Part shown: positions 37,068 through 47,914 of the stretch, in pieces | Layout: each line of letters starts with the position of its first letter | Position numbering within the stretch: the stretch's first letter is position 1 | Origin: an uncultured bacterium | Lineage (GTDB): Bacteria > Krumholzibacteriota > Krumholzibacteriia > Krumholzibacteriales > Krumholzibacteriaceae | Length of the DNA: 64,000 nucleotides | Direction: 5' to 3' | Assembly (NCBI GenBank): GCA_963786935.1 | Contig: CAWBAN010000001.1 | Location: 416,001 to 480,000 of the forward strand | Notes under the pieces: model-generated | Told to the model about the DNA's origin: nothing | What the model saw: only the letters and a program-made list of their open reading frames with translations | Database searches by the model: none | Program-made: the position numbers and the translations under genes

Positions 37068-39741
37068 TCAGTGGCCGGCGCATCGGATTCGGCGCGAGTT
37101 CATCGACTTCTTCGTCGCGCGCGGACACACCGAGGTGCCGAGCGCTCCGCTCGTGCCGAAGGGGGATCCGACGCTCCTCTTCACGTCGGCGGGGATGGTC
37201 CAGTTCAAGGAGCTCTATCAGCAGCCGGTGAATCTCCCCTACACGCGGGCCGCGAGCGTGCAGAAATGCCTCCGCGCGGGAGACCTCGAGAGCGTCGGCA
37301 AGACGCTCCGCCACCATACCTTCTTCGAGATGCTCGGCAACTTCAGCTTCGGCGACTACTTCAAGCGCGAGGCGATCGAGTGGGCGTGGGAGTTCGTCAT
37401 CCAGCGCCTCCATCTTCCGCCCGAGAAGCTCTCCGTGAGCGTCTTCGAGGACGACGACGAGGCCTCCACGATCTGGAACCGCGAGATCGGGATTCCCGAG
37501 TCGAAGATCGTCCGCCTCGGCCGCAGGGACAATTTCTGGGGCCCCGTCGGGAAGACCGGCATCTGCGGCCCCTGCTCGGAGATCTATTACGACAGCGGCC
37601 CCGAGCGAGGCTGCGGGAAGCCGACGTGCGCGACCGGCTGCGACTGCGACCGCTACCTCGAGTTCTGGAACCTCGTCTTCCCGCAGTTCTTCTTCGACGA
37701 GAACGGCGTCTATCAACCGCTCGAAAAGCCCGGGATAGACACGGGGCTCGGTCTCGAGCGGCTCGCGATGATCCTGCAGGGAGTCGAGGACAACTTCCAC
37801 ACCGATCTCTTCCGCGACAGCGTCGAGGCGCTCCTCGACATGGTGCCCGAGGGGATCCCGATCACCCGCGAGGACCGAATGGGCATCAACATGGTCGCCG
37901 ACCACGCGCGGGCGCTCACCTTCACGATCGCGGAGGGCATCTATCCGTCGAACGAGGGGCGCGGCTATCTCCTCCGGCGCCTGCTGCGCCGCGCGCTCAC
38001 GAGGTTCTACTCGTACGGCATCGTCGAGCCGTTCCTTCACCGGCTCGTCGACGTCGTCGTGAACACGATGAAGGACGATTATCCCGAGCTCGCGGATCGC
38101 CGCGGGGACGTCGCGGCGATCGTCCGCGGCGAGGAGGAGAGCTTCTTCAGGACGCTCGCCGACGGACGCTCGCGCTTCGTCTCGATCGCGCGCGACGTGA
38201 GGGAATCGGGCTCCTCGACGCTCGACGGCGAGAAGGCGTTTCTCCTTCACGACACGTACGGGTTTCCGCTCGAGCTCACGAAGACGCTCGCGGCGGCGGA
38301 GGGGCTCGACGTGGACGAGAACGGTTTCGAGGCGGCGATGGAGGAGCAGCGCCGCCGCGCGCAGGAGGGAAGCTCGTTCGCGGGCGAGGGTCAGACCATC
38401 GTCTCGATGAACGAAATTTCGCAGGGGGCAAGCTCCGTGTTCACCGGATACGAAAGCCTCGGCGGCGACGCGGCCGTTCGGAGCTGGCGCGGGATCGAGC
38501 GCTCCTCGCGCGAGGACGTCGAGTGGAGCGATCCCGAAGGGACCGCCCTCGAGCTCATTCTGGACGAGACGCCGTTCTACGCGACGTCGGGGGGGCAGGT
38601 CGCCGACGACGGGCACATCGAGGTCGCCGGCACGCGGCTTCCCCTCAGGGACGTCTTCAAGCGCGGCGGCGAGATCGTGCACCTCGTCGAATCCCCGTGG
38701 CGCGAGGAGGACGCGCGGCACAAGCTCGTCTCCTCGCCGCTCGTACGGGTGCAGGTGGACGACGAGCGGCGGCTCGCGATCGCGCGCAACCACACGGCGA
38801 CGCACCTTCTCCACGCGGCGCTCCGCGAGATCGTCGGGCGCCACGTCGCGCAGGCGGGCTCCCTCGTGGACGGGGAGCGCCTCCGGTTCGATTTCAACCA
38901 TTTCCAGGCCGTGCCGCACGACGTTCTGCGGAAGATAGAGGATCGCGTGAACGGGTGGGTGCGCGACTGCATGGCGGTCCGCACGGCCTCGATGAATTAT
39001 CAGGAAGCGATCGACACGGGGGTCACCGCCCTCTTCGGCGAGAAATACGGCGCGGAGGTGCGCGTCGTGCGGATCGACGACGTGTCGGCCGAGCTCTGCG
39101 GCGGGACCCATCTCTTCAATACGGGGCAGATCGGGCTCTTCCTCGTCTCGTCCGAGACCGGCGTGGCGGCCGGCGTTCGCCGGATCGAGGCCGTGACGGG
39201 GACGGGCGCCCTCGCGCAGGTGCACGCGCTCCTCGGCGCGTCCGACGAGCTCGCCGAGATGCTGCGGGTCCCGCGCGGCGAGGCCGTCGCGCGGGTGCGG
39301 ACGCTCGTCGCGGAGATGGACTCGCTCCGCAAGGATCTCAAGCGCGCCGAGAGCGGCGGGGCGGCGCAGGAGCTCGACCGCATCATCAAGAGTGCCGTCC
39401 GCGTCGACGGCGTGCTCGTCGCCTGCGGGCGGCTCGCCGTGAACGACATGGGGGCGCTGCGGAATCAGGCGGACGTGTTCCGGAGCAAGGTCAAGGACGG
39501 GATCGCGGTGCTTTCCGCCGAGCTCAACGAGAAGATGCAGTTCATCGTGGCGGTGAGCGACGAGCTCGTCGAGGCGCGCGGCGTCGGCGCCGACGCGCTC
39601 GTCAAGGAGCTCGGGCCCGTCGCGGGGGGCGGCGGGGGCGGCAAGAAGCACCTCGCCCAGCTCGGCACGAAAGATCTCGCGAGCGAGGCGAAGGTGTTCG
39701 AAGCGCTTCCCGGTATTGTGAAAAAATTCATTTCGCGCTAG
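37057..39741 (+). CDS. alaS: Alanine--tRNA ligase
   Basis: DPTLLFTSAGM, HHTFFEMLGNFSFGDYFK, NHTATHLLH, ELCGGTH. Confidence 0.98.
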   Translation: MTNNQWPAHRIRREFIDFFVARGHTEVPSAPLVPKGDPTLLFTSAGMVQFKELYQQPVNLPYTRAASVQKCLRAGDLESVGKTLRHHTFFEMLGNFSFGDYFKREAIEWAWEFVIQRLHLPPEKLSVSVFEDDDEASTIWNREIGIPESKIVRLGRRDNFWGPVGKTGICGPCSEIYYDSGPERGCGKPTCATGCDCDRYLEFWNLVFPQFFFDENGVYQPLEKPGIDTGLGLERLAMILQGVEDNFHTDLFRDSVEALLDMVPEGIPITREDRMGINMVADHARALTFTIAEGIYPSNEGRGYLLRRLLRRALTRFYSYGIVEPFLHRLVDVVVNTMKDDYPELADRRGDVAAIVRGEEESFFRTLADGRSRFVSIARDVRESGSSTLDGEKAFLLHDTYGFPLELTKTLAAAEGLDVDENGFEAAMEEQRRRAQEGSSFAGEGQTIVSMNEISQGASSVFTGYESLGGDAAVRSWRGIERSSREDVEWSDPEGTALELILDETPFYATSGGQVADDGHIEVAGTRLPLRDVFKRGGEIVHLVESPWREEDARHKLVSSPLVRVQVDDERRLAIARNHTATHLLHAALREIVGRHVAQAGSLVDGERLRFDFNHFQAVPHDVLRKIEDRVNGWVRDCMAVRTASMNYQEAIDTGVTALFGEKYGAEVRVVRIDDVSAELCGGTHLFNTGQIGLFLVSSETGVAAGVRRIEAVTGTGALAQVHALLGASDELAEMLRVPRGEAVARVRTLVAEMDSLRKDLKRAESGGAAQELDRIIKSAVRVDGVLVACGRLAVNDMGALRNQADVFRSKVKDGIAVLSAELNEKMQFIVAVSDELVEARGVGADALVKELGPVAGGGGGGKKHLAQLGTKDLASEAKVFEALPGIVKKFISR

Positions 39742-39777
39742 ACTCCCGTGGGACGATCTAACCGGTGGAGTGACGGT

Positions 39778-41259
39778 ATGAAATCATGTGCAGCGTCCGT
39801 TCTGGCCGCGTGTCTCGCGATCGCGCTCGCCGCGTCTCTCGCGCCGGCGCCGGCGGCCGCGCAGGGGCGCGTTACCAAGCGCGTGTCGAGCCTGGATGTC
39901 GAACAGAAGGCGATCGGCGAGGCCGCGGAGGAAGAGACGGCCGCTCCGACCCGCGCCGCGATGACGCCGGCTCTCGAGAAGGCGGTCGATCCGGACCGCT
40001 ACATTCTCGGGCCGTATGACCGGCTCGCCATGACGATCATGGGGCCGGAGCCGCGCACGACCGTGCTCACGGTGCTTCCCGAAGGGAACGTCATCGTGCC
40101 GGGGATCGGCGCGATCAGGGCCGACGGGCTCACGCTCACCGAGTTCCGCCGGTCGCTCGCGACCGAGGTCGACAAATATTTCCGCAACATCGAGCTCTAC
40201 TGCTACCTCGAGACGCCCGCGCAGTTCAGGGTCTTCGTCACGGGCGAGGTCGCGAGCCCCGGGGTCGTTCTGGTTTCGGGCGTCGAGCGGGTCGCCGACG
40301 CGCTCGACAAGGCGGGGAGCGTCGGCGATCGCGGCTCGCGGCGGAACATCGCGCTCGAGCGCGGCGGCTCGACCGTCCGCGTCGATCTGGCCAAGTTCCT
40401 CGCGCTGGGGGATCTCGAGGGCAATCCGTTCCTCAGGAGCGGCGACCGGATTCACGTGCCGCCCGCGGGGTGGCGCGCCGTCATATCCGGGCGCGTGAAC
40501 AGGCAAAACGAATACGAGATATTCGAAGGGGAGACGATATCCGATCTCATCGCGCTCGCCGGCGGATTCGCGAGCGAGGCGATCCGCGACAGCGTCCTCC
40601 TCAAGCGGGTCGGCGCGGGGGGCGAAGTGACGACGAGCGTCGTCGCGAAGGCCCGATTCGACACGCCGCTTGCCGATGGGGACGAGATCGGCGTCTACGA
40701 CGCGTTGAAGGACCGCCGCTACGTGACGGTAGCGGGAGCGATGTTCCGGACGGGGCAGTTCGAGCTCGCGCGGGGAGAAGGGGTCGCGAGCCTCCTCGTC
40801 CGCGCCGGAGGCTTCAGGGCGAGCGCCGATCTCTCAGCGGCGTACGTCGAACGGAAGAACGGTTCCGTCGTGCGGGTCAATCTCGAGGAGTACCTCTCCC
40901 CCGATCCGTTGAAGGATCTGGCGCTCGAGAACGGCGACGCGCTTACCGTGCCCGAGATCGCGTCGAAGGTCACCGTCGGCGGATTGGTGAACAAGCCGGG
41001 CGAGTTCGCGTACAGCAGCGACCTCACCGTCGTGCAGTACGTCGGCCTCGCCGGCGGGCCGTCGCAGGACGGCGGCGTGGAGCGGGTCGTCGTCTATTCG
41101 GCGGACGGGAGCAGGCGCCGCGCCGCCAGCGACGAGCGCCTCAATCGCGGGGACGTCGTCGTCGTGCAGAAATCGGGATACGCGATCTTCGGCGACATCT
41201 TCGACGGAGTCCTGAAGATCGGCGCGCTCGTCGTCTCGATCCTGATCCTGAGCGAATAG
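39778..41259 (+). CDS. SLBB-domain polysaccharide export protein (Wza/KpsD-like)
   Basis: YILGPYD, VFVTGEVASPG, repeated LAGG/SLBB units. Confidence 0.8.
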   Translation: MKSCAASVLAACLAIALAASLAPAPAAAQGRVTKRVSSLDVEQKAIGEAAEEETAAPTRAAMTPALEKAVDPDRYILGPYDRLAMTIMGPEPRTTVLTVLPEGNVIVPGIGAIRADGLTLTEFRRSLATEVDKYFRNIELYCYLETPAQFRVFVTGEVASPGVVLVSGVERVADALDKAGSVGDRGSRRNIALERGGSTVRVDLAKFLALGDLEGNPFLRSGDRIHVPPAGWRAVISGRVNRQNEYEIFEGETISDLIALAGGFASEAIRDSVLLKRVGAGGEVTTSVVAKARFDTPLADGDEIGVYDALKDRRYVTVAGAMFRTGQFELARGEGVASLLVRAGGFRASADLSAAYVERKNGSVVRVNLEEYLSPDPLKDLALENGDALTVPEIASKVTVGGLVNKPGEFAYSSDLTVVQYVGLAGGPSQDGGVERVVVYSADGSRRRAASDERLNRGDVVVVQKSGYAIFGDIFDGVLKIGALVVSILILSE

Positions 41260-41267
41260 GGGATGCC

Positions 41268-41870
41268 ATGGTCGCGCCGGGACGCCATCTGAAACAGGTT
41301 CGCGCCGAGCTCGATGCGCTCAAGGCGCTCCTCGATCGCTTCCCCGAGGCGGAGGCGGCGAAGATCGTGACGATGGCCGAGACGATCGCCGCCGCCCTCG
41401 TCGCGGGCCGCGCCGTCTTCACCTGCGGGAACGGCGGCTCCGCCGCGGACGCCCAGCACATCGCGGGCGAGCTCGTCGGGCGCTTCCGGCACAAGGAGCG
41501 CGGTTACCACGCGCACGCGCTCACGACGAACAGCTCCGTCGTCACGTCGCTCGCCAACGATTTCTCGTTCGACGAGGTATTCTCCCGCCAGATCGAGAGC
41601 ATGGCGCGCCCCGGGGACGTGCTCCTCGCGCTCTCGACGAGCGGCGGCTCGCCGAACGTCGTCAAGGCCGTCGAGGCCGCCCGGAAGCTCGGCGTGCGCG
41701 CGTTCGCCTTCTCGGGGAAGGGGGGCGGCCGTCTCGCCGACGTCGCCGATCTCGCCGTCGTCGTTCCCCACGACGATTTCGCGCGCATCCAGGAGCTCCA
41801 CATCACGCTCGGCCACATCCTGTGCGGCCTCGTCGAGGAGATCATCCTGCCTTCCGCTCCGAAGCCGTAG
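41268..41870 (+). CDS. gmhA: Phosphoheptose isomerase
   Basis: CGNGGSAADAQH, LSTSGGSPNV, RIQELH. Confidence 0.9.
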   Translation: MVAPGRHLKQVRAELDALKALLDRFPEAEAAKIVTMAETIAAALVAGRAVFTCGNGGSAADAQHIAGELVGRFRHKERGYHAHALTTNSSVVTSLANDFSFDEVFSRQIESMARPGDVLLALSTSGGSPNVVKAVEAARKLGVRAFAFSGKGGGRLADVADLAVVVPHDDFARIQELHITLGHILCGLVEEIILPSAPKP

Positions 41871-41890
41871 AATCGAGCAAGGGGCCGGCA

Positions 41891-42955
41891 TTGAAGAAGA
41901 TTCTGTTCGTCTGCGAGAACGACGCGACAAACCAGAGCACGAAGCATCGCGTGCTCGACGTGGTTTCGCACCTGAAGATCCCGGGCTCCCGGCTCTACTG
42001 CGGCGCCCCGGTCAGGATCGGCGGGAGCCGGGTCATGATGATCTCCGCCGCCGACTACGTGCGGATCGCGCGGGATCTCCGCGACGCGGATCTCCTGTTC
42101 ATCCAGCGGGCGAGCTGCGCCGGCACGTATCTCGTGTGCCGCTTCGCCCGGCGTCTCGGCGTGGAGATCGTGTTCGACGTCGACGACGCGATATTCACGA
42201 AACGCGTCTGCGGGATTAAGAATCCGCTCTACGCATGGTTCGACTCCGTCGCGCGCCTGGCGGACCGGGTGTTCGCGGGGAGCCGCGCCATCGAGGAGTA
42301 CGCGCGGGGCCTGAACGCGAACACGCTCCTCGTGCCCACCGCGGTGAATATGGAGATATTCGGCGCGCGGGGCGAGGCGCCCCGGCGGGCGGCGGGCACG
42401 GACGTCTTCACGATCGGATGGCTCGGCGCGGGGGAGATACACCTCCCGAGCCTCCTCCTCGTCAGGGAGCCGCTCCGCGAGCTCGCGAAGCGGCATCGGA
42501 TCAGGTTCAAGATGGTGAGCTCGCTCGGCTCGCGAAAGATCCGCGAGGCGTTCGGCGGCGTCGGCGGCCTCGAAATCGATTACGGGCGGGACGAATGGAT
42601 TCCGCTCGAGGAGATACCGGGCGAGATGGCGGGAGTCGACGCGAGCGTCATGCCGCTCGTCGACACGCCGTACGCCCGGGGGAAGTGCGCGCTCAAGGCG
42701 CTCGAATCGATGGCGATGAGGATTCCCGTCGTCGCGAGCGGCGTCGGCGAGAACAATCACATCATCAGGCACGGGGAGAACGGATATCTCGCGAACACGG
42801 CCGGCGAGTGGGTGCGCTGCATCGAGGAGCTGATCCGCGACGAGGCGAAGCGCCGCGCGGTCGCGGAGCGCGGCTTCGCGACCGTCGCGGCCGGCTACAC
42901 GATTCCGGTCGTGGCGCGGCGGATCGAAGAGGCGCTCGGGATCGGGGAGGACTGA
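41891..42955 (+). CDS. Glycosyltransferase, GT4-like
   Basis: TTG start; FDVDDA, IGWLG, GKCALKALESMA, PVVASGVG. Confidence 0.85.
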   Translation: MKKILFVCENDATNQSTKHRVLDVVSHLKIPGSRLYCGAPVRIGGSRVMMISAADYVRIARDLRDADLLFIQRASCAGTYLVCRFARRLGVEIVFDVDDAIFTKRVCGIKNPLYAWFDSVARLADRVFAGSRAIEEYARGLNANTLLVPTAVNMEIFGARGEAPRRAAGTDVFTIGWLGAGEIHLPSLLLVREPLRELAKRHRIRFKMVSSLGSRKIREAFGGVGGLEIDYGRDEWIPLEEIPGEMAGVDASVMPLVDTPYARGKCALKALESMAMRIPVVASGVGENNHIIRHGENGYLANTAGEWVRCIEELIRDEAKRRAVAERGFATVAAGYTIPVVARRIEEALGIGED

Positions 42956-42961
42956 GGTTCC

Positions 42962-44116
42962 ATGGCGAAGACGAGCGTTCTGCACGTGCTCTCGACGAGC
43001 CGCTTCAGCGGCGCCGAAAATATCGCCGGACAGATATGCCGGCGCCTCGACCGCGGCGAGTTCGACGTCCGCATCCTCTGCAACGGCGGTCCGCTCCTGC
43101 GGAGATACCGCGACGGCGGGCTCGAGGCGATCGACCTGAACGTGAACGGATGCCTCCCGTGGAACGTGGCGTCGTTCGCCGGCGTCGTCCGCCGGCACGG
43201 CGTTCATATCGTTCACGCGCACGGGACGAGGGCCGCCGTCTTCGCGCTCCTCTGCCGCCCGCTCTCGGGGGGACGCTACCGGATCGTCTCGCACGTGCAC
43301 GGGTGCAGGCGCTGGCAGCGCGGGAGGAGCGTGCTGAGCGCCGTCGACCGGTTCCTCGCGGGCCGGTGCGACATGAACATCGCCTGCGGCGGAGGGGTGT
43401 ACGATCACCTCATGAGCGGGGGAGCCGGTCCGGATCCGTCGAAGGTGCGGGTCGTTTCGAACGCGCTCGAGCTCGCGTGCGACGCGGGGCCGGATATCGA
43501 TCACACCGTCGCCGGGCGCGCCTCGCGCGGCGGGGAGGGCGCCGACGCCCGGGGGCGCGGCGAGTTCGTGTTCGGATTCGTCGGGCGGTTCTCGAAGCCG
43601 AAGGGGCTCGTGCCGTTTCTCGAGAAGGTCATCGAGAACCGGGACGTGCTCGACGGCGCGCGCCTCGTTCTCGTCGGCGACGGAGCGGACGGAGCCGCCC
43701 TGCGGCGCATGGCGGCGGCGAGCGGCCTCTCCGGCTCGATCTCGTTCGAAGGCTATCGGGAGGACGCGCTCGCGCTGATGCGCGGCTTCGACGTGCTCGT
43801 GCTCCCGTCGATCAGCGAGGGGCTCCCCCTGGTGCTCCTCGAAGCGATGTCCGTCGCGAAGCCCGTTCTCGCCTTCGACGTCGGATCGGTCGCCGAGGCG
43901 CTCCGGGACGGGATCAACGGCCGTCTCGTGCCGGCGGGGGACTACGACGCGTTCATCCGGGGCATGCGGGAGATGAAGGCGTCGGGCGGAGCGATCGCCG
44001 AAATGGGGAAGCGGGGGAGCGCGCTGTTGACGAGCGAGTTCGGGATCGATCGATACATGCGGGAAATCGAATCGCTCTACCGGGGGCTCCGCGGCGTCGA
44101 GGAGCGGTCATGCTGA
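42962..44116 (+). CDS. Glycosyltransferase, GT4
   Basis: FVGRFSKPKG, LPSISEGLPLVLLEAM. Confidence 0.9.
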   Translation: MAKTSVLHVLSTSRFSGAENIAGQICRRLDRGEFDVRILCNGGPLLRRYRDGGLEAIDLNVNGCLPWNVASFAGVVRRHGVHIVHAHGTRAAVFALLCRPLSGGRYRIVSHVHGCRRWQRGRSVLSAVDRFLAGRCDMNIACGGGVYDHLMSGGAGPDPSKVRVVSNALELACDAGPDIDHTVAGRASRGGEGADARGRGEFVFGFVGRFSKPKGLVPFLEKVIENRDVLDGARLVLVGDGADGAALRRMAAASGLSGSISFEGYREDALALMRGFDVLVLPSISEGLPLVLLEAMSVAKPVLAFDVGSVAEALRDGINGRLVPAGDYDAFIRGMREMKASGGAIAEMGKRGSALLTSEFGIDRYMREIESLYRGLRGVEERSC

Positions 44117-45279
44117 AGATACTGCAGCTCTGCGCGGTCGACTTCACGGCGTACCATCTCCTCCGTCCGCTCGGCGTCGGGCTCCGCGACGCGGGACACG
44201 AGGTCGCGTTCTGCTGCTCCGCCGGCGAAGGGCTCGACCTGCTCCGGGACGAAGGCTTCGGCGCGAAGGCGATTCCGTTCTCGAGGAACTACAACGTCGC
44301 GCATCACGCGCGCTCGTTCGCGACGCTCCTCGGCTACCTGCGGCGGGAGCGGTTCGACATCGTTCACGCGCACACGCCGGTCGCGGGGCTCATCGGACGG
44401 GCGGCGGCGAAGATCGCCGGCGCGCGCGGCATCGTGTATACGGCGCACGGATTCTACTTCCACGACGGGATGAGCCCGCGGACGCACGCCTTCTTCGCGG
44501 GGCTCGAGCGGTCCGCGGCGGCGATCACCGACGTCATCTTCGTGCAGAGCGAGGAGGACCGGGAGGATGCGATGCGGCTCGGGATCGCCCCGGCGGAGAA
44601 GCTCGTCCATATCGGGAACGGCGTCGATCCGGCGAAGTTCGGCAGGGACGCGCACGCCGCCGCGGCGTCGGCGTTCCGGGAGCGGCACGCGCTCGGCGTC
44701 GGGCCCGTCATCGGGTTCGTCGGGAGAACGGTTCGCGAAAAGGGAGCGATCGAGTTCGTGCGCGCCGCCGCGATCGTGCGCGCCGCGATCCCCGGCGCGA
44801 AGTTCGTCATGGTCGGCGAGCCGCTCCGGAGCGATCGCGACAGCTGCTGGGACGAGATCGTGCGCCTGCGGGACGAGCTCGGCCTCGGGAACGATCTCGT
44901 GCTCACCGGATACCGCGCGGACGTGCCGGCGCTGCTGGCCTCGTTCGATCTCTTCGCGCTCCCGAGCTACCGCGAGGGCATGCCGCGCGCCCTCCTCGAG
45001 GCGATGGCGACCGGACTCCCCGTCGTCGCTACGGCGATCCGCGGCTGCAGGGAGGAGGTCGTGAACGGGAAGACGGGGATCCTCGTTCCGCCGCGGGACG
45101 CGGAGGCGCTCGCCGCGGCGATGAAGGGGATCCTGCTGTCGGACGATCTCGCGGCGCGGATGGGGGCGGAAGGGCGCGCGCGGGTGCTCGCGAAGTTCGA
45201 CGAGCGGAGGATCGTGGCGCTCCAGATCGACCACATCGGCCGCGTCGCGCGGAACAAGATCGGCGCGGGGCCCCGGTGA
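44110..45279 (+). CDS. Glycosyltransferase, GT4
   Basis: HAHTPVAG, YTAHGFYF, LPSYREGMPRALLEAMA. Confidence 0.9.
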   Translation: MLKILQLCAVDFTAYHLLRPLGVGLRDAGHEVAFCCSAGEGLDLLRDEGFGAKAIPFSRNYNVAHHARSFATLLGYLRRERFDIVHAHTPVAGLIGRAAAKIAGARGIVYTAHGFYFHDGMSPRTHAFFAGLERSAAAITDVIFVQSEEDREDAMRLGIAPAEKLVHIGNGVDPAKFGRDAHAAAASAFRERHALGVGPVIGFVGRTVREKGAIEFVRAAAIVRAAIPGAKFVMVGEPLRSDRDSCWDEIVRLRDELGLGNDLVLTGYRADVPALLASFDLFALPSYREGMPRALLEAMATGLPVVATAIRGCREEVVNGKTGILVPPRDAEALAAAMKGILLSDDLAARMGAEGRARVLAKFDERRIVALQIDHIGRVARNKIGAGPR

Positions 45280-45330
45280 ATAGCGGCGGGCGATCGCGCC
45301 GGAACGCCGCCCGCGGCGCCCAGAAATAGC

Positions 45331-45359
45331 TTGTTATCACCCATTTCGTTCGTTATCAT
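45331..45359 (+). promoter_or_regulatory. Possible sigma70 promoter of wecA-like gene
   Basis: TTGTTA-N17-TATCAT. Confidence 0.45.
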
Positions 45360-45403
45360 CAGCCAATCGGACAGACGGCGGCGCCGCATCGAAAGCTCAA
45401 GCT

Positions 45404-47914
45404 ATGGCTGAACTCCTGCTTTTTCTCGAAGCATTCCTCATCTCGTACCTCCTCACCGGTGCGATCCTTCGCTTTTCGCTCGAGCGGCGGCTCCTCGACA
45501 TTCCGAACGACCGGAGCTCGCACGTCGTGCCGAAGCCGCGCCTCGGCGGCATCGCGATCACGATCTCCTTCTACGCCGCGTTCGCGACCATGCTTGCGCT
45601 CGGATTCAAGCCCTTCGCGACGACGGCGATCCTCGCGGGTGTGCTCGGCGGCGGCGTGGTCATCGCCGCGTCGGGGCTCGTCGACGATCTCCGCGGCCTC
45701 GACGCGAGGATCAAGCTTATCGCGCAGTTCGCCGCGGCCGCCATCGCGGTCGCCTCGGGAGTCGTGCTCCGGGAATTCGGCATTCCCCTCGTCGGATCGC
45801 TCGACCTCGGGCCCCTCGCCGTGCCCGCCACGATCCTCTGGATCGTCGCGCTCATCAACTTTTACAACTTCATCGACGGCATCGACGGCCTCGCGGCAGG
45901 TATCGGGCTCATCGCGTCGGCGTTTTTCTACTACATCGCGGGGATGACGGGGGCCGCGCCGCTCAAGGGGATCTACGCGATTCTCGCCGGATCCTCGTTC
46001 GGGTTCCTGCGGTTCAATTTCCCGCCGGCGCGCATCTTCATGGGGGACACGGGGAGCACCTTCATCGGGTACGCGTTCGCCGTCATGTCGGTCGTCGCGC
46101 AGGGGGCGGGGATCCCGGCGTTTCTCACGGTCCTGCTCCTCGGCGGGGTCATCGGGGACGCGGCGCTCACGCTCGTGCGCCGCGCGCTGCGGCGGGAGCG
46201 GCTCTTTTCGCCGCACAAGACGCACTACTACCAGCGCCTCACGACGCTCGGCCTTTCCCACAAGCAGGTCACGCTCATCGAGTATTTCATCGCGGCGCTC
46301 CTCGGCGTGAGCGCCATCCTCGCGTTCCACAAGCCGTGGACGTTCGTCACCTTTCTTTCCGTGATCTGGACCGGATTCTTCCTGTGGGCGCTCGCGAAGA
46401 TCCGGAGCATGGAGAAGGGGGAGAGCCTCATCTGGAAGGGGCGCGCGGTCGGCGTCGCGTTCGGCGATCTCGCGTTCATCGCGCTGAGCTACGTTCTGAG
46501 CTACTACCTGCGGCTCAATTTCAAGCTGCCGCCGGGGGGCGAGACGAGCTCGATGCTGATCAGTCTTCCCATCGTCATCGTGATCCGCACGGCCATGTTT
46601 TACGCGTACGGGCTCTACCGCAGCATCTGGCGCTATACGACCTTCGACGATCTCGTGCGCATCGCGAAGGCCGTGTCCATCGGCTCGGCGATCATGGTCG
46701 TCTCCTTCACCCTCCTCTTCCGCTTCAAGTCGTTTCCGCGGTCGGTGTTCATCATCGACTGGTTCATCCTCACCGTCTTCATGACCGGCTCGCGCGTCGC
46801 GGCGCGGTGGTTCCACGAGCTTCCGTCGCGCGAGGAGATCACCGGCGCGCGGGTCATCATCGCGGGAACGGGCCCGCTCGCCGAGCTCATCTCGCGGCGC
46901 GTGCGCAAGTCGGGCACGATGCGGGCGATCGGATATCTCGACGACCGCGCCGAGATGACGCACCGCGTGATTCACGGGCTCGAGGTGCTCGGGCCCATCG
47001 CGAAGGTCGAGGAGATCGCGCGCGCGCATCGCGCCGACGAGATCATCTTCGTCGGAGCGACCGAGGGGCGCATGACGCAGGAATCGCGCGCGCGCCTCGC
47101 CGGAGCGGGGATCCGTGTCCGCGCCGTCTCCGATCCGGCCGAGATCGGCGCGGAGCCCGAGGATCGCCGCGGCGCGTCGCCGTGCGCGCGGCGGAGCGTG
47201 CTCGTCGCCGGCAACGGCCCGCTCGTGGAGCAGGCGTGCGAGCTCTTCTCCGAGGCGGCGAACCTGACCGTCGTGTCCGACGAGGGCGCGGCGCTCGAAA
47301 AGGCGTCGCGGCATCTGGAAACGGGTAATCCGCGCCCGGCGTTTTTCCTCGGGATCGCCGGCGAGCGCGCCTCGATGCGGCGCGTCCTCGCGCTGCGCCG
47401 CCCCGAATGCGTCTTCGCCGATTTCACGTTCCGCGAGGCGGACATCGGGAACGCCGACGAGGCCTATCTGCGGACGGTCGTGCTGCCGCTCGAGAAGCTG
47501 GCCTCGGAGACCGCGCGGATGCCGGAGGCCTCGCTCGTCGTGATCGAGCGGGGCATGACGGCGAAACCCGACGCGGCCGTTCAGGCGATGGAGCTTGTCC
47601 TCCTCGACGCGTTCCGCCGGCACCCGGCGCGTCTCGCCGTCGCGAGGCTCGACGAGGATCCCGGCGTATGGCAATGGCCGCGCGTGATGGACGATCTCCT
47701 CAGTGCGGGGGGAGGGGTCTTCCGGATCGTCCCCGCTCCGGACGGCTCGGAGGGGCTGTCGGCGGTGAAATGCGTCATCGACGGTCCCGTGCCGGACTGC
47801 GCCTCGGCGTTGCTCGAGACGTCGCGGCTGCTCGAAGACGGGAACGCCGCGTCCGCGATGCAGGCGCTCCGGGGGCTCGCGCCCCTGTCTCCGGTGAGGG
47901 ATCATGTGCGGTGA
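45404..47914 (+). CDS. WecA/MraY-family polyprenyl-P sugar-1-P transferase fused to CapD/PglF-like region
   Basis: DIPNDRSSH, PRLGG, NFIDGIDGL, FMGDTGS; then LYRSIWRY, FPRSVFIID, IGYLDD. Confidence 0.8.
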   Translation: MAELLLFLEAFLISYLLTGAILRFSLERRLLDIPNDRSSHVVPKPRLGGIAITISFYAAFATMLALGFKPFATTAILAGVLGGGVVIAASGLVDDLRGLDARIKLIAQFAAAAIAVASGVVLREFGIPLVGSLDLGPLAVPATILWIVALINFYNFIDGIDGLAAGIGLIASAFFYYIAGMTGAAPLKGIYAILAGSSFGFLRFNFPPARIFMGDTGSTFIGYAFAVMSVVAQGAGIPAFLTVLLLGGVIGDAALTLVRRALRRERLFSPHKTHYYQRLTTLGLSHKQVTLIEYFIAALLGVSAILAFHKPWTFVTFLSVIWTGFFLWALAKIRSMEKGESLIWKGRAVGVAFGDLAFIALSYVLSYYLRLNFKLPPGGETSSMLISLPIVIVIRTAMFYAYGLYRSIWRYTTFDDLVRIAKAVSIGSAIMVVSFTLLFRFKSFPRSVFIIDWFILTVFMTGSRVAARWFHELPSREEITGARVIIAGTGPLAELISRRVRKSGTMRAIGYLDDRAEMTHRVIHGLEVLGPIAKVEEIARAHRADEIIFVGATEGRMTQESRARLAGAGIRVRAVSDPAEIGAEPEDRRGASPCARRSVLVAGNGPLVEQACELFSEAANLTVVSDEGAALEKASRHLETGNPRPAFFLGIAGERASMRRVLALRRPECVFADFTFREADIGNADEAYLRTVVLPLEKLASETARMPEASLVVIERGMTAKPDAAVQAMELVLLDAFRRHPARLAVARLDEDPGVWQWPRVMDDLLSAGGGVFRIVPAPDGSEGLSAVKCVIDGPVPDCASALLETSRLLEDGNAASAMQALRGLAPLSPVRDHVR

